Of a stretch of DNA of 64,000 bases, positions 1 through 15,121 are shown one piece after another. Numbering within the stretch: the first letter of the stretch is position 1; every line of letters begins with the position of its first letter. The stretch is from the human T2T-CHM13v2.0 reference genome, Homo sapiens. A program made the translations under genes and the position numbers. The DNA is taken from assembly GCF_009914755.1 (NCBI RefSeq), contig NC_060934.1, one strand, 5' to 3'. The notes beneath the pieces are model-generated. The model worked only from the letters and a program-made list of their open reading frames with translations, did not search any database and had not been told where the DNA came from.

Positions 1-850
<850 letters not shown>

Positions 851-895
851 ATAGCAGCCAGGACACTGGAAACCAGGAACTTGTAGACCTCTTAT

Positions 896-2514
896 TGATG
901 GCAGTGGTGGCCTGTCTGAAGTGGCTGCTGCCATCACACTGGCTGTGGCAAGGAGGTGCAGCCAGGGCTGCACATTCTGTGGAACCAGCAGCAGCTGGAG
1001 ACAAATGGGAGCCCCACTCATTCAGAGTTGGTGGGGTGGGAGCTCCCTGGATGCAGCCGCAGCCACCCAACTCTTGGCTATGGACCCAGCCCTCCTGCTC
1101 CATGGAGCAAGAAGGAGCCACACCCACTCTGGGCACAGCTGTAGCTGCCCAAGTTGTGGCTGCAGACCCAGGCATCCTTGCACCCTTGGGGGCCAGGGAA
1201 GGCCCCCCCTTGCGGGCTTGAAAATGCCTGCTCCCACTGCCTGGCTTCTCCTTGCTGTTGGCACCCCCTCCAATCTCAGAGCAAAGTCCAGCTAAGCCTG
1301 GGTGCTGTCACAGCCTAGCTGGGTGTGCACCTGCTTGGGGCAGTACTGACACACCAGCCCGCTGCCACCTCAGCACCCTCCAGACTTTAGGCACTGATGA
1401 GCATAGGAGGGAAGCTGATGGGGGCCTGAGGGCAGCTTGGCGCTGACCTGCAGGCACCCCTTGGCACCTACAGCCTTGGCGCCATGAGAAGCAGCAGGAG
1501 GCAGACAGGTTATAGGGTGGGGGGGGGGCAGGTCCCTGGTGAGGCCCCACCTTCAGGTCAGGGATGTCCTGAAGGCTGGTGGCCAGGACGGCAGTCCCAT
1601 GGACCATAGTGGGAAATTGTGATGTCTTTTCCAGCCCACCTGTGGCGGTCCATGGACCAATCAGGGTGGCATTTCCTCTCCTCTGAGGCTCATAAAAGCC
1701 CCAGGCTCAGCCAGAGCTGAGTAGACATCAGGACAACTAGCTACAGAGAGGAGCCACCCACTTCAGGGCCTCCTGTCTGCTGAACACTCAACATGATGAC
1801 CAGCTGCAGGGAGGAGCTACCCATTCCGGTGCTTCCTCTGAGCTATTCTGTCACTCAATAAAGCACCTCTTCACCTTGCTCATTCTTCACTTGTCTGTGT
1901 ACCTCATTCTTCCTGGATGCGGGACAAGAACTCAGGACTTGCTGAATAGCAGGGCTGAAAGAGTTATAACACAAACAGTGCTGATACATGTCCCTTGCTC
2001 CCCATGTTGCAGATGAAGGGAAGGAGAGAAGAGCTGCAGCCCTTCAGGGAGCCCAGACCTGGGAGCTCCCCAGGCCAGGGCTTTGACTCCCTCTTTGGGG
2101 CCTTGTGGTTCCTGGAATCTTCAAGCTTCTGGGCACCACTGTGTTCCCTGGTGGCAGCTGTGGAAGCTGCTTGCAGTGTCCCTAGTTCAGCCACAGCTTC
2201 ACAGAGAGCTGGTGCCCATGCCGGCACTTGGAACTGCCCATCCCACTGCAGCAGCCGGCATGCTTGACTGTGCAGTGACCAGACCCCATGCTCACTTGCT
2301 CACACACCCCTCACTACTCCATGCCTGGCTTACCCTTGGCAGGCCTGGGATCCAGGCTGGTGGCGTGAGCTGAGTGCAGCCTGCCAGGCCAAGTGAGTGG
2401 AATGAGCTGAGTGAGTGGAACAAGCCCATTGGTCCTGAACAAATATTGGGCAATGGCTCCACCCTCCACAGAGGTTTCTGGCCAGAAAAGTGAAACCCCA
2501 AGGATCCTGAAACA
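896..2514 (+). mobile_element. Solo ERV1 LTR, MER52-type
   Basis: TG...CA termini, 4-bp TSD TTAT (892-895/2515-2518), CATAAAA 1691, AATAAA 1857; termini resemble MER52 as recalled. Confidence 0.8.
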
Positions 2515-2518
2515 TTAT

Positions 2519-2690
2519 TGGTTCTCAGTGAGGGGTCCCAGGACCAGGAGCAACAGCCTCACTGGGGAACTTGTTGAAATACAAATTCCCAGCACCAAGC
2601 CAAGCACTCTGAATCAGAAACCTGAGTGGAGCTGGCAATCTATGTTTTAACGAGCCTTCCAGAATCGATGCATACCAGCGTTTGAGACCT
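2519..2690. mobile_element. MER5A-like hAT DNA transposon
   Basis: GGTTCTCA...GGGAACTTGTTGAAAT...CTGAATCAGAAAC...TTTTAAC motifs. Confidence 0.65.
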
Positions 2691-3368
2691 AAAGGGGTGC
2701 CTAGACACCCTGGGCAGCTTTCCTGAGCCTTGGGAGTGCCATCCACTGATTGACTGGGGCCATCAGCCCCTCTACTCTTGCCTCCTCATATCCACCTCCA
2801 GCCTGTTTCTGAAACTGTTTCCAAGAGGCTTGTCCTGAGTTTACAGCAAGGCTTGTCCTTCTGTCTTCTCCCATCCCTGGAACTGCTCCTCGTCAGTTCT
2901 TTTCCTGCTGTGGAAGCCCTGGGATATGGAGACACTCCTGTCCTTCATGCAGAGCATCTAGATGCCGCTGCAGGGGGTGAGACCACACAGACTGCTGCAC
3001 TCTGTTCTGCGTGCCCCTGACCGACTGCAGCTTCATCATCATAAGCTCAGGACAAGGTGGTCACACTGACCAGACCTGGCCCAGCACTCATCCTAGTGAG
3101 CCACTTCCCACCCTGGTGGCTTCTCTGCTGGGCGAATGGCCTGCAAGTGACCTGACTGCATCCCATTTCCCAGTGGCTGCCCCCCTGAGCCTGGAAAACA
3201 GGGAATGTGGAGGAAGCTGCCCATCCCACCCACAGGCCCTCTGGCTTGGACAGCAGCTCCTTTCTCCACAGGAGCCTCCTGAAGACTTCAAAAGCAGACT
3301 CTGGAAAAGCATATGTAATCTTGGCCTTAGTGGGGTTTCCTGGGTCCAAAAATATGTGAAATTGGATC

Positions 3369-3736
3369 TGATATGGTTTGGCTGTGTCCCCTCCCAAATC
3401 TCATCTTGAATTGTAGCTCCCATAATTCCCATGTGTTGTAGGAGGGACCTGGTGGGAGATAATTGAATCATGGGGGTGGTTCCCCCCATACAGTTCTTAT
3501 GGTAGTGAATAAGTTTCACAAGTTCTGATGGTTTTATAAGGGGAAACCTCTTTTGCTTGGCTCTCATTCTTTCTTCCCTGCCATCATGTAAGATGTGACT
3601 TGCTCCTCCTTGCCTTCTGCCATGATTGTGAGGCTTCTGCAGCCATGTGGAACTGTGAGTCAATTAAGCCTCTTTCCTTTATAATTACCCAGTCTCAGGT
3701 ATGTTTTTATTCGCAGTGTGAGAACAGACTAATACT
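3369..3736 (+). mobile_element. THE1 MaLR LTR
   Basis: TGATATGGTTTGGCTGTGTCCC...ACAGACTAATAC. Confidence 0.9.
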
Positions 3737-4884
3737 GATGTGAGCGAAAGCAAAAAAAAAATTCATTTTTCTGAACATGCATCAAATTATCCAAGAAATC
3801 TACAAGTTCAGATAAGCTACAAACCCTTTCTTGAAGGAGACCCTTAGCAACCTCTTGAAGTTTCCTGGATGTAAATGGGAGATAACAATCCATAATTATT
3901 AAGGGAAGGAGATGTGGGCAAAAAATGTAAAATGACAACTCACTGACTACAAAATGCATAACTTAAAAACATGAAAACAATTCAACTTCATGAGGAAAAA
4001 AGTGCAAACTAAGGAAGGGCTGGGCCATCCTGGGTTAGAGCCAGCAGGTGGTAAATTGCAGAATCTTTTCACTTAAATACAGTCTGTAAGTGACTTCATT
4101 TTGACCAAATATATATATATACATTTAGATACACATCCAGAGGCCAGATAAATAGCTTCTCAGCTCTCGGAGATGTTTAGACTCTGAGCCCCCTTTCATC
4201 TGTGAAGTTCACTTCCACCCCCTCAGCCTTCAGAGGAAAGCTGCCTCTCCCTCCTCTGAATGATTTCACTCTGTCTCCCACCTGTCACTCTTAGTGATCC
4301 TTCTTCTAGGTCTGTCCCCATCAGAACCTAAGTTTCCAGCATCAGTGCCACTTCCTCCTCAAAGCTGCCTCACTCCTCAGTGCCTGGTCTGGTTCCGAGA
4401 ACCACTCGTGAAGTTTAACAAAATCCTTGTGTGCACACCTGAAATTTAGCCAGTGGCTGCACTGATGGCAGGTGTTTTGACTTTAATAAAGTCACAACAC
4501 ACTGCGTTCCTCTCGGACCTCATTGTCAAACGGGCTACACAAAACTGACCTCACAGGTGGTTGTGAGAAATGGAAGAATGCATGTAGTAGTGGTCACTTG
4601 TATCATTATAGTCATTGCCAGGTGCTTTCAAAGTTTCTATTTCCTGATGCAGAGATATGAGCTGGCCCCTTTACCACTGGATTGCTGTATGGCCTTGGCC
4701 CATTCTCCCTGCTCTCTTCGCATCAGGCTTTCTATCTGTAATATGGGTGTTTGACTAATGCGCAGTATCCTTTGAAACAGACTCTGATTTCCCTTCATAT
4801 TCCCTGCTTCACTTTCCAAGAGGAAGAGGGAAGGGGCCCTCTCACCCTGACTCTGGCCTTTAGGATGTCACAAGGTACTCTGGA

Positions 4885-5230
4885 CTGTTTGTAAACCACC
4901 CCCAACCTATACATATGCTAAAGCTTAATGAGATGGAATTAGGAGGTGGGGCCTGTGGGAGGTGATTAGGTCATAAGGGTAGAGCCTTCATGAATGGGAT
5001 TAGTACCCTCATAATGGGCTGAAGAGAAAAGGGCTTCCTCATCTACCATGGGAGGAAAAATCTAGAAGCTGCCATCTATAAGGAAGCAGCCCTCAGGAGA
5101 TGTGGAATCTGCCAGTGCCTTGATCTTGGACTTCCAGCCTCCAGAAATGTGAGAAATAAATGTCTGTTGTTTATAAGCCACAGAAATTTATGGTATTTTG
5201 TTAGAGCAGCCCCAATGGAATAAGAGACAA
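4885..5230 (+). mobile_element. MLT1-type MaLR LTR
   Basis: GGTGGGGCC...ATGGGATTAGT...CTTGGACTTCCAGCCTCCAGAA...AATAAATGTCTGTTGTTTATAAGCCAC. Confidence 0.75.
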
Positions 5231-6258
5231 GGTAGGTGGAGTTTGGGTTCACCTACCTCCAGACACTGCCTTTGGATGAGGGCTCCTGCCCCTCCCACTT
5301 GAATCAATCCCTCCTCAAGGAGGGCATTTTACCTGACACCTCCAATCAGCCCCCAAGTGAGGCTCCCTCCCTGCAGAAATCCCTGACCTGGCTCTGATGA
5401 ACCCTTTCCTTTCAAAACCAAACAGCAGGAGAACAGGGCCTTTGATGGGTCTCGACAGAGCCCCCTGAGCAGTGTGCCAGTGCCACCGCTGCTATACAGA
5501 GCTCCTACCTATGGCCAAAGGGCCCCACATTCACTCACTAACCAAAGTTCCCTTTTCTAAGATCCCTTCGTCCTTTCTAACTCCCAGAGACCATGGGAAC
5601 CCCTACACGTTGCCCAGCAATCTCCTTTCTTGATCTCTCACAAACCCCACCTGCTACCAAACTCCCCTTCAGGGACCGTTGCTCGGACCTGGTTTCCACG
5701 GGCTACTTCTCCCTGATGCTCTGCCCCCTACAACCTGCTGTCAGAAAACCTTCCATCCTCTGCCTCCATTTCTGCCACGTCTGATTAATACCCTTGCCCT
5801 GTCATTCTTTTTCTCAACACGAATGTCCACCCAATGCATGCTTCTCCTAAACATTCTGCCAATTTCTTGTTTCTGCCAGCCTCATTCCCATTCCAAGGAT
5901 TTCCCTGGTTAGTTACGTGATGCCCTCAGCTCCCACCAGACCTCTCACCCAGACCCTGCCTCCCACCAGCTCACCCTGGTGGGAGCTCAGCCACTGGGAG
6001 CTCATTCAGTTGGCTTCTGGCCTTTTTGACACACCAATATCCTTCAGTTTGTAGCAATTCCTTACTTTCTGGCACTGCAAGATGCTTCAGGCTCCTCTTA
6101 CATATTTCCTACCCTAGCCCTAGACTCAGCCATTTCTCCAAGGAGCTTTGGTTCCTTTTATTGGGGAATGGTTTTAGAAACCGAGATCTGGGAGCTCAGT
6201 GTGCACACTAATGCTAGGATGTCATTGCTTTTGGGCATACTAGGCAAACAGAGCTAAG

Positions 6259-6280
6259 ACACACACACACACACACACAC
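6259..6280. repeat. (CA)n microsatellite
   Basis: Direct reading. Confidence 0.9.
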
Positions 6281-7502
6281 AATTTTGACTCTAATCCAGT
6301 ACCACAATGTTCATTCTAGCTTGCTCACTGTGACTTCTCTCTCCAACAGTGAGAAATCTGGCTCTCACTATCCATGACTCATTTATTCAACCTTAATATG
6401 CAGGTAAAGCCATCTCTGACTTGTTAGTGCATATCCCTTGGAGAAACAAATTTACCAACTATAGTACAATGTTTGTGGACAATTCCTTTTATCCTTAGCC
6501 TTTCAGTTTCTAGTCATAATATCACTTTCCAAAGTTACTTAGGCCAGTTTGTTTTTTCTCCACATGCTCCAGTGACATTATGTCATACATTTATAGTTCA
6601 GTTAGGTCATTTGTTACAAGCTGCATTCCATCCTGGGATTCTCCAGACATCTTGGTTAATTTTTAAATTTCTCATACATTAAAGATCCCCCTTCCTCATG
6701 TATGGTTCTATGGGTTTGATCAGGATACAGTCATGTAAGCACTTCCTCAGTATGATACAGAACAGTTCCATCTCCTTAAAATTCTCTCGTGCATCCTCTA
6801 TGTAGTTAATCTGTCCTTTTCCTCAGCCCCTGGCAACTGCCAATCTGTTTTCCATCCCTACAGTTTTTCATTTTCTGGAATGTAATATAAACAGAACCTT
6901 TGGGGATGGCTTTTCACTAGCAAAATGCATTTAAAATCCATCCATGTTATAGTGTGAATCAATAGCTCACTTCCTTTTATTGCCAAATGATTTTCATTGT
7001 ATGGATACCACAGTGTGTTCATCCATTCATCTGCTTAAAGATATCTTAGTGACTTCACTTTGGGGTAGTTATGAATAAAGCTGCTATACATATTTTTGTA
7101 TGGACAAAAGTTTCAAATCAGTTGGCTAAATAGCTAGGAGCACAGTTTGCCACATTAAAGCTCAGTAAATTGTTACAAAGTAAACACACTCATCAGCTAG
7201 CACAAGCAACAGAACAGCCCTCACCCAGTCGTACATTCCCTCCTCCACAAAAGTCACAATTATCTTCACTTCTGTTGCCACACGTTAATTTTGCCTGGGT
7301 TCAAGCTTTGAATGGATCATCTGGTATGTTCTTCTTTGTGTCTGGCTTCTTTCGCTAAGTATCCTCTGTGTTGGTGCATGTGGTAGTTATTTTCATTGTT
7401 CTATATCCTTCCATTGCAAATATATATTACAGTTTTGTCTTTAGGTTTTTGCTGGTGGATGTCTGGGTTTTTCCCGGTTTGGATAATGCTATGAACATTC
7501 CT

Positions 7503-7792
<290 letters not shown>

Positions 7793-8241
7793 AAACATTC
7801 CTATGTGCCTTTCTGTATCTACTTCTGTTGCTGGCTCATAGGTAAGTGCATGCTCAGTAATAATAGACATGCTGAACCATTTCCAAAGCATTTCTACCAA
7901 TTTAGATTACCAATGGTGCCTTATGTTTTAACAGGAGCCCTCTGGCTGCTTCATTGAAAACTGACTGTTTAAGGGCAAAGGTGGGAGCAGGGAGGCCAAG
8001 GGAAAGGTTTCGCAGTCATCCATGTGTGACTGCATGGGGCACAGCCCAAAGGGGTAGCAGTGGAAGTAGTGACAAGTGGTTGGATTCTGGTTGTACTTCA
8101 AAGGTAGAGTCAACAGGAATTTTCTGATGGATTGGAAATGGAGGATAGAAAAAGCGAATAGACAAAGGTGTGTGGGAGGCATTTTGACTAATCATCTTTA
8201 TGGATGGAATTGCCATCAACTGAGATTATAAGACTGCTGAT

Positions 8242-8711
<470 letters not shown>

Positions 8712-9308
8712 TCAGAGTCTAATTAGGAAAGAGAAGCTACACAGTCATTTGAACAGGAAACATGTATATAAAGAAGTGTTAATTGCAACAGGGAAGTGGA
8801 GTAACCAGGCACAGACTAGTAGGAAGTATAGGAGGAGCAACCACTAGCCTAGGGCTGAGGTAGAGAGCCCAGGAGAGTCCTCTCCTCCTAGTGCACTGCC
8901 CCTACACCTCATCAGAGGAACCCAGCTATGGCCCTCTGCATGTCAGGAGAGTCACTGGTGCTATACCACTGGAACTTACTAGAAATACTTCTTTAGGTGC
9001 TGGGGAAAGGAGCGGTGTCTCAAAAGAGTTACTCTATAACAAAACTGCCTGGAGCTGGTGAGGGGAGTGGGACCTGCTGGGCACTGGCCACTGTGTTTCT
9101 GGAGAAGTCACCCACCTGCAGGAGCCAGGCCAGGGAGCATAGGAGAACCAGGAACAAAGACTGCTTTCGCCCACAAAGTCTCTCCATTGCTCTCTACTGA
9201 CAAAACCTAACATAATGTCAGAGGAAAATATTTAAATGGCCCAGTTCCATTTTTGCAGAGCAGGCAATGAAGAATGAGTTTGTAGCAGAGATGCAATAAA
9301 TTGATAAC

Positions 9309-9710
9309 TGTATTAGTCCGTTCTCTCACTGCTATGAAGAAGTACCTGAGACTAGGCAATTTATAAGAAAAGAGGTTTAATTGGCTCACGATTCTGCAGG
9401 CTGTACAGGAAGCATGACAGCTTCTGCGGAGGCCTCAGGAAACTTTCAATCATGGTGGAAGGTGAAGGAGAAGCAGGCATGTCTTACATGGCTGGAGCAG
9501 GAAAAGGTGGTGGGGGGAGGTGCTACACACTTTTTAACAACCAGATCTTGTGAGAACTCTATCATGAGAACAGCACTAGATGAATGGTGCTAAACCTTTC
9601 ATGAAGACTCTGCTCCCATGATCCAATCACCTCCCACCAGGCCCCACCTCCAACATTGGGGATTACAATTCCACACGAAATTTGGGCAGGGACAGACCCA
9701 AAACATATCA
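9309..9710 (-). mobile_element. MSTA-type MaLR LTR
   Basis: TGTATTAGTCCGTTCTC...AAACATATCA; 5-bp TSD ATAAC. Confidence 0.9.
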
Positions 9711-11457
9711 ATAACTGATACAGATGGCATATAAAACTGAGACAGAATTAGATCATCCAGGGAATAAGTATAGACACAGAAGAAAAGAAAACTGAAGCCC
9801 GAAACCTATGGCCTCACTCTAATTTAAACAGGTGAGAGCAGGGGAACCAGCAAAAGCAGCTGAGAAAGAGCATCCAGGGCTGCAGGTGGAGTCCTGTGAG
9901 ACAAGTGAATCAAAGTGAATAGGAGAGGGGCCAGAGTATGTATTGACTGTTCTTTTGTGAAGTTTTGCTGCAAAGGGGAACATAGAAAAGGTGCAGGTCC
10001 TGGTATAGGAAATAGGGTCGAGTAATTTCTTTGTTTTGAAGATGAGAGAAATAGCTGCATGTTATGTGACGATGAGAAGAGTCCAGTAGAAAGGAAAATA
10101 TTGCTGATGTTGCAGAGAGGATAGGCTGGCTGGAGTGACACCCTGGAGCAGTAAGAGATGATGGGATCCAGCAGTCCAGTGCAGGATTCTTTGGGTGGAC
10201 CTAGCAGTTGTTCATCCACAGTCACAGGGAGGCAATAAGAGGCGGATGGGTGGAGGTGGACGTGGGAGTCTGTGGAAGACTTTTACCACTTCTATTCTCT
10301 TAGCAAAGCAGGAGGCAAGGAAGGGAGAGGCAGTGGGAAGGATTGAACAGAGAGGAGGAAGTGCGAAATACTCACTTGGAACAATGGGAGATTGAATAGA
10401 CCAGGCAAAGAATGATTAAAGTGAGGATGGCTGGCATGGTCCTGTTTTCCTCCAGCCATGTTTAGTTGCATCGTCGTGGCATGGAATAGATGGAGAGCTG
10501 GGTTTATCCAGGGCTCCCATCTTACCAAGCAGATAGGAGATGACAGGGAGGTGCATGAGTTGAGGAGGTGTGCAAGGGATCAATGAGAATGGTTGGCCAT
10601 TGAGTTTAAGCTGGCTCACTAGAGAGGGTCATAAAGGAAGAAACAGTGAACAAGTAGTAAGATCTTGATTGGAGGTGCTGGTAAGGTTGCAGGAGTTTTG
10701 TTTCAGGGCAGTATAGGGAGTGACCTGGACAGATAGGAGGATAGATAGACCTGGTCAGAGTGGGATACTGTGGGGGTTGCAGTCCTTGGACCTGACAAGG
10801 TCTAAGGTCTGATCATGGAGGGAGGGGGAAGCTGAGGTAGGGCAGAGGACAGGAGTGGGCTTCATGAGACCAAAAGGATGTTGGAAGGATTATCTACCTG
10901 GATACTGAAATCTTCAAGAAGTAAGAGGTGTAGTGTGAAGAAGTTACAACACTCTAAGCTCTTCAGGGATAAGGGAAGCATGTGCCACGTGGGTAGCCTC
11001 CCAAGTCCAGCACCCAGTATCTAGAATATGCAGAGTGAATACCTGGGGGCTGCTGAGGGCAAGAACAAGGTGCCTGTGAGAAGACCTGACGCCTGGGGTT
11101 CTCGTGACAGGAGTGGGCCTAGTTTTTGGTGTAGAATTGAGCCTTGAATGCACCAGCGGGATCATATTGAAAAGAAACCCTCCAAGACTAAAGGAAGATG
11201 CATCCTCTGACAATGTACGCTCTGTAGGCTCCCAAGTAGCTGGGCTGGGGATTAGATGGACTCCAAGGCATTTCCTCAGGTGGCAATGGGCGGATCCCTG
11301 GGAAGGTAAAGCTGTGCAGTAAGAAAACGGCAAGATGCTACGTTCACTCAGGTAAAGCCCCTTTCCCGGGTTTAGGGAGGGCGAGGCAGTTTAGGCTGGG
11401 TCAGTTTGTCCCTGCCCTCACGGTTTGTTGGTCCTGGCAAAAGAGGGCCTTATGTTA

Positions 11458-11768
11458 TTTATTTTTCTTAGAGACAGTGTCTTGCTCTGTTGCCCAGGCT
11501 GAAGTCCAGTGGCTCATCTCAGTTCACTGCAGACTCCGCCTCCTGGGATCAAGCGATCCTCCCACCTCAGCCTCCAGAGTAGCTGGGACCACAAGCACCA
11601 CAGGCGCCCGGCACGATGCCGGCTAATTTTTTTTTTTTTTTTTTTTAAGAGAGAGAGGTAGGCTCCCTATGTTGCCCAGGCTTGTCTTGAATTCCTGGGC
11701 TCAAGCAATCCTCCCTCCTCGGCTTCCCAAAGTGTAGGGATTACAGGCGTGAGCCACTGCGCCCTGCC
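11458..11768 (-). mobile_element. AluJ
   Basis: Antisense Alu just upstream of the promoter. Confidence 0.88.
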
Positions 11769-11929
11769 AAAAGAGGGCTTTAGGGCACCCCAGAACGCGA
11801 GATCCCCCTCATCTGTAATCTTTAAAGAGGAGGAAGTGTACTCCAAATCAAGCGATAGTCCATTCGTCCTTGGCACGGTGACTGCCGGGAGGCCAGGACC
11901 AAATGTGTCTCCTTCCGGCTTTTGCACCA

Positions 11930-12540
11930 CACTAACTAACCGGCGCCAGGCCGCAGAGCCGCCCTGGCCTTCGGCGAGAACTCAGGCGAGCGCGGCGCAC
12001 GCTGCTCCGGAGTCCCACCGCGGAAGTTGAGGCCGCGGATTCCGAGGGCGGGGTGGAGAGGAATCTGGAAGGACCTGGACCCGGTGGAACGCACTGCGCG
12101 GACGGCGCCTGCGTCCGCACTCAGCTGTTCAGCCCTCTTTCTTCAGGCTCTCCCCTGAAAGCCGTCCCCATGCCGGTCTCTTTTTTCTGCCTTCTTGTTT
12201 CCCTCCGGCGAGTCAGCGCGACTGTGAATTTCCGTTTCCGGCGGTGTCCATGCTGACCTGAGGAGTCGCGGCTGCGAGCAGGTTCGGTGCTGCGGGTTGG
12301 GGTAGGCGGCGGTGGGGTCCCTGGTTCTGGGGCACTGGGAAGATCGCGAGTCGTGCGTGTGGGAAGGTCCTCCCCCGGTCCTCCGGGTCATCTTTGCTCC
12401 CGAGGAGCGGCATATTTCTCATCTGGCGGAGGTGTCCTGGGGTAGTTGGGTGAGTGACGTGATGAATCCCTGCAGAGAGCCCAGACGGGGAGGGAAGGTG
12501 GCTGGGCGACGTCGTTTCCTGGCGACGTGGTCCCGGTAGG
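11930..12540. promoter_or_regulatory. CpG island / TATA-less BMS1 promoter
   Basis: Sharp CpG/GC enrichment; ETS-type CGGAAGT 12021-12027 and TTTCCGG 12235-12241; GC box GGGCGGGG 12046-12053; TCGCGA 12344-12349; CRE-like TGACGTGA 12455-12462. Confidence 0.85.
12217..12281 (+). other. BMS1: BMS1 exon 1 (non-coding; 5' boundary uncertain)
   Basis: Lies in CpG island; donor CAG|GTTCGG at 12281/12282 would join the exon 2 acceptor at 13813; the TSS cannot be fixed from sequence alone. Confidence 0.6.
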
Positions 12541-13384
12541 AGACTTAGACCTGAGCTGGATCTGTTGACCCCAAATTGTGCTTTTCCCACCAAGAAGAAA
12601 GACAGGGAGAGAAACATTAGTACAAGTGCTGAACTAAAATATAGCAGAGAAGAAACATAATCTCTGAAATCACACAGCTATTCGGTTTCAAAGCGTTCCT
12701 AGCGCCCAGCTCTCCTAACTCCTGGCCAGTGTTCTTGACATTATGGTAATACATAAAGACTTTGTTTCCGCTGGTGTGTGTCTGTGGGAAGCCTCTGACT
12801 CACCTCCGTGCTCCAGTAGCACCCTGTGCAGCCTTCCAATGTCGCCCTTATTGCGTGGCGCGGAAGATAATAGTTTGGATTTCCTCTGCAAGTCAGATAA
12901 TAGCTGTATCCACTTACTGGCACAGTGCCTAGCACATCGTAGACAGACACAAATATTTATTCAACGGAATGAATACAGTACCTTAATTGAATGAAATGGC
13001 ATCCTGCTCCGCTTTTTTTTTTTAATCAAGCTGTCAGATTTTATGCAGCCCGATTTCCTAAAATAACTCACTAATTCAGTGATTGCCAATTTATTAGCCA
13101 CAGATTCCCAGGTAACTCAGAAATCACTGGAAGGGTCTCTGTAAGTTCATGGGGTCTCCAGGTGTCATCTAGAACCAGTCCTATCTCACACGTACAGCTA
13201 TTTCTATTTTTCAAATGTATGTAGATAAGTTGTAATTTAGGAGTTTTACAGAGTCAACAGGTACTAAAAGTAATACTGCGATCATATTGGAGGTTCATAA
13301 AAACGTTTCACATTTTTTTATTAAAATTTAAGTTTTAGTTTAAGTTAGGAAACCACTTCATCAGTCCAGTTGATACCTGGGTCT

Positions 13385-13560
13385 GAGCTGTCCAGTATGG
13401 TAGCCACATGTGACTATTTGGAGTTAGAATGAAATTAATTAAAAACTCATTTTTTCAGTTTCCCTAAGTATATTGTAAGTAACCACATGTGGCTAATGGC
13501 TAAATGGCTGAAAAGTACAGATATAGTATATTTCTATCCTTGCAGAAATAGATACTGCTG
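13385..13560. mobile_element. MER3-like hAT element
   Basis: GCTGTCCAGTATGGTAGCCACATGTG...CCACATGTGGCTA. Confidence 0.6.
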
Positions 13561-13845
13561 ATGTTGACACTTAAGATGAATAAAAAGTAACTTAACCATA
13601 AAATGTAATCTTAAGAGAGGTAACTCATCTAATTTATAGCATAACAGAGAGAAATGAAATTGGGGATGGTTAAGCAGTTTCTACCCTTGTTCAGTGAACA
13701 AATACATCATCTCTTCATAAAGAAATAAATGAAATTTACTGTTTTTCCCTGGGTATTGCCTGGATTGTAAAATGCTTCTCCCATCTCCTTACCCCAACCT
13801 TCTTCCTTGTAGGTTAGAGTTACTTGTTATTGGTAAATAGCCACT

Positions 13846-14021
13846 ATGGAGGCTAAGGACCAGAAGAAACACAGAAAGAAAAACAGTGGACCCAAAGCTG
13901 CAAAGAAAAAGAAGCGGCTTCTGCAGGATCTCCAGCTAGGAGACGAAGAAGATGCCCGGAAGAGAAATCCCAAAGCTTTTGCAGTTCAGTCTGCTGTGCG
14001 GATGGCTCGATCCTTTCACAG
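13846..14021 (+). CDS. BMS1: BMS1 exon 2 coding part (exon starts 13813)
   Basis: ccttgtag acceptor; ccactATGG Kozak context; MEAKDQ...RSFHR; donor CAG|GTATGT. Confidence 0.97.
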
Positions 14022-14930
14022 GTATGTTAGGCTACGGTCTGGTCATTCTTCCATTGATTCTTTTTAAATAGTAGGAGCCTCTCACAGGTGACATTTGGAT
14101 TCACGAGTCTAGTCCAGCTCCAAAGGACATGGAGATTCATGGTGTGTGGCTTTCACTAAAACGTGAGAAGCTTTTCCCATAGAAGCTGCCTTGCCTCCAG
14201 CATCTGCATACTGGTTAGTGTTTATTGCCCAGGATACAAGAATTTATAGACTTTGTTTGTTCCTAAATTTTAAACTGTTTCTATGGTGATAAGTGTGCTT
14301 TTTCCCCCCAGGTATGTTTTACATAGTTGTAATATAAAATACAAAAATTACAATATTTAATACTAACATAGCTTTATTTAGTGAGCCCTTGTGATATGCC
14401 TAGCAGTGTACTTTAAACATTATTCAACTAAATCCTTCCAGCAGCCTTACCAGAGTAGGAATCATTCTTGCCCTCATTTTATGGGTAAGAAAACTGAGAT
14501 CAAGAAAACAAGTTACCTCCAATCATATAACCAGTAAGTAGGAGAGCTAAATGTAACTCCAGCGCCTCTGCTCTTATCTGCTATGATGTACTGCCTCGCT
14601 ATTTACCTTTTGGTTTTTTAAAAAACTATTAAAATCACTCTTAAAACAGTCAGATTTAAGGAGTGTTTAATTTTCGCTCTCTATAGTATTGAAGTCATCT
14701 TGTTACATCTTTATTGAACAGCAATTATTTGGATGGGGCCAGAAGTTAGCAAGTTAATAATTGACAAGTTAATTATATTTATATATTGTCTGTTGTACTC
14801 TCTATAAAATGTGCTAAAGTACTCATAGCTATAAGTGTACCAAAAAAGTCTACTTATAAGGTTGATACCTTTTACTCTATTTTGAAAATGAGTTTACTAT
14901 TTATTTATTTGTTTATTTTTTAATGAATAG

Positions 14931-15121
14931 GACTCAGGATTTGAAGACAAAAAAGCATCATATTCCAGTGGTTGATCGAACTCCACTAGAGCCCCCACCA
15001 ATAGTGGTAGTGGTGATGGGACCTCCAAAAGTTGGAAAGAGCACTTTGATACAATGCCTCATTCGGAACTTTACCCGGCAGAAGTTGACTGAGATCAGAG
15101 GCCCTGTGACGATTGTGTCAG
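14931..15121 (+). CDS. BMS1: BMS1 exon 3 (P-loop G1 GPPKVGKST at 15019-15045)
   Basis: aatag|GACT...TCAG|gtagga; frame continuous with exon 2. Confidence 0.97.
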
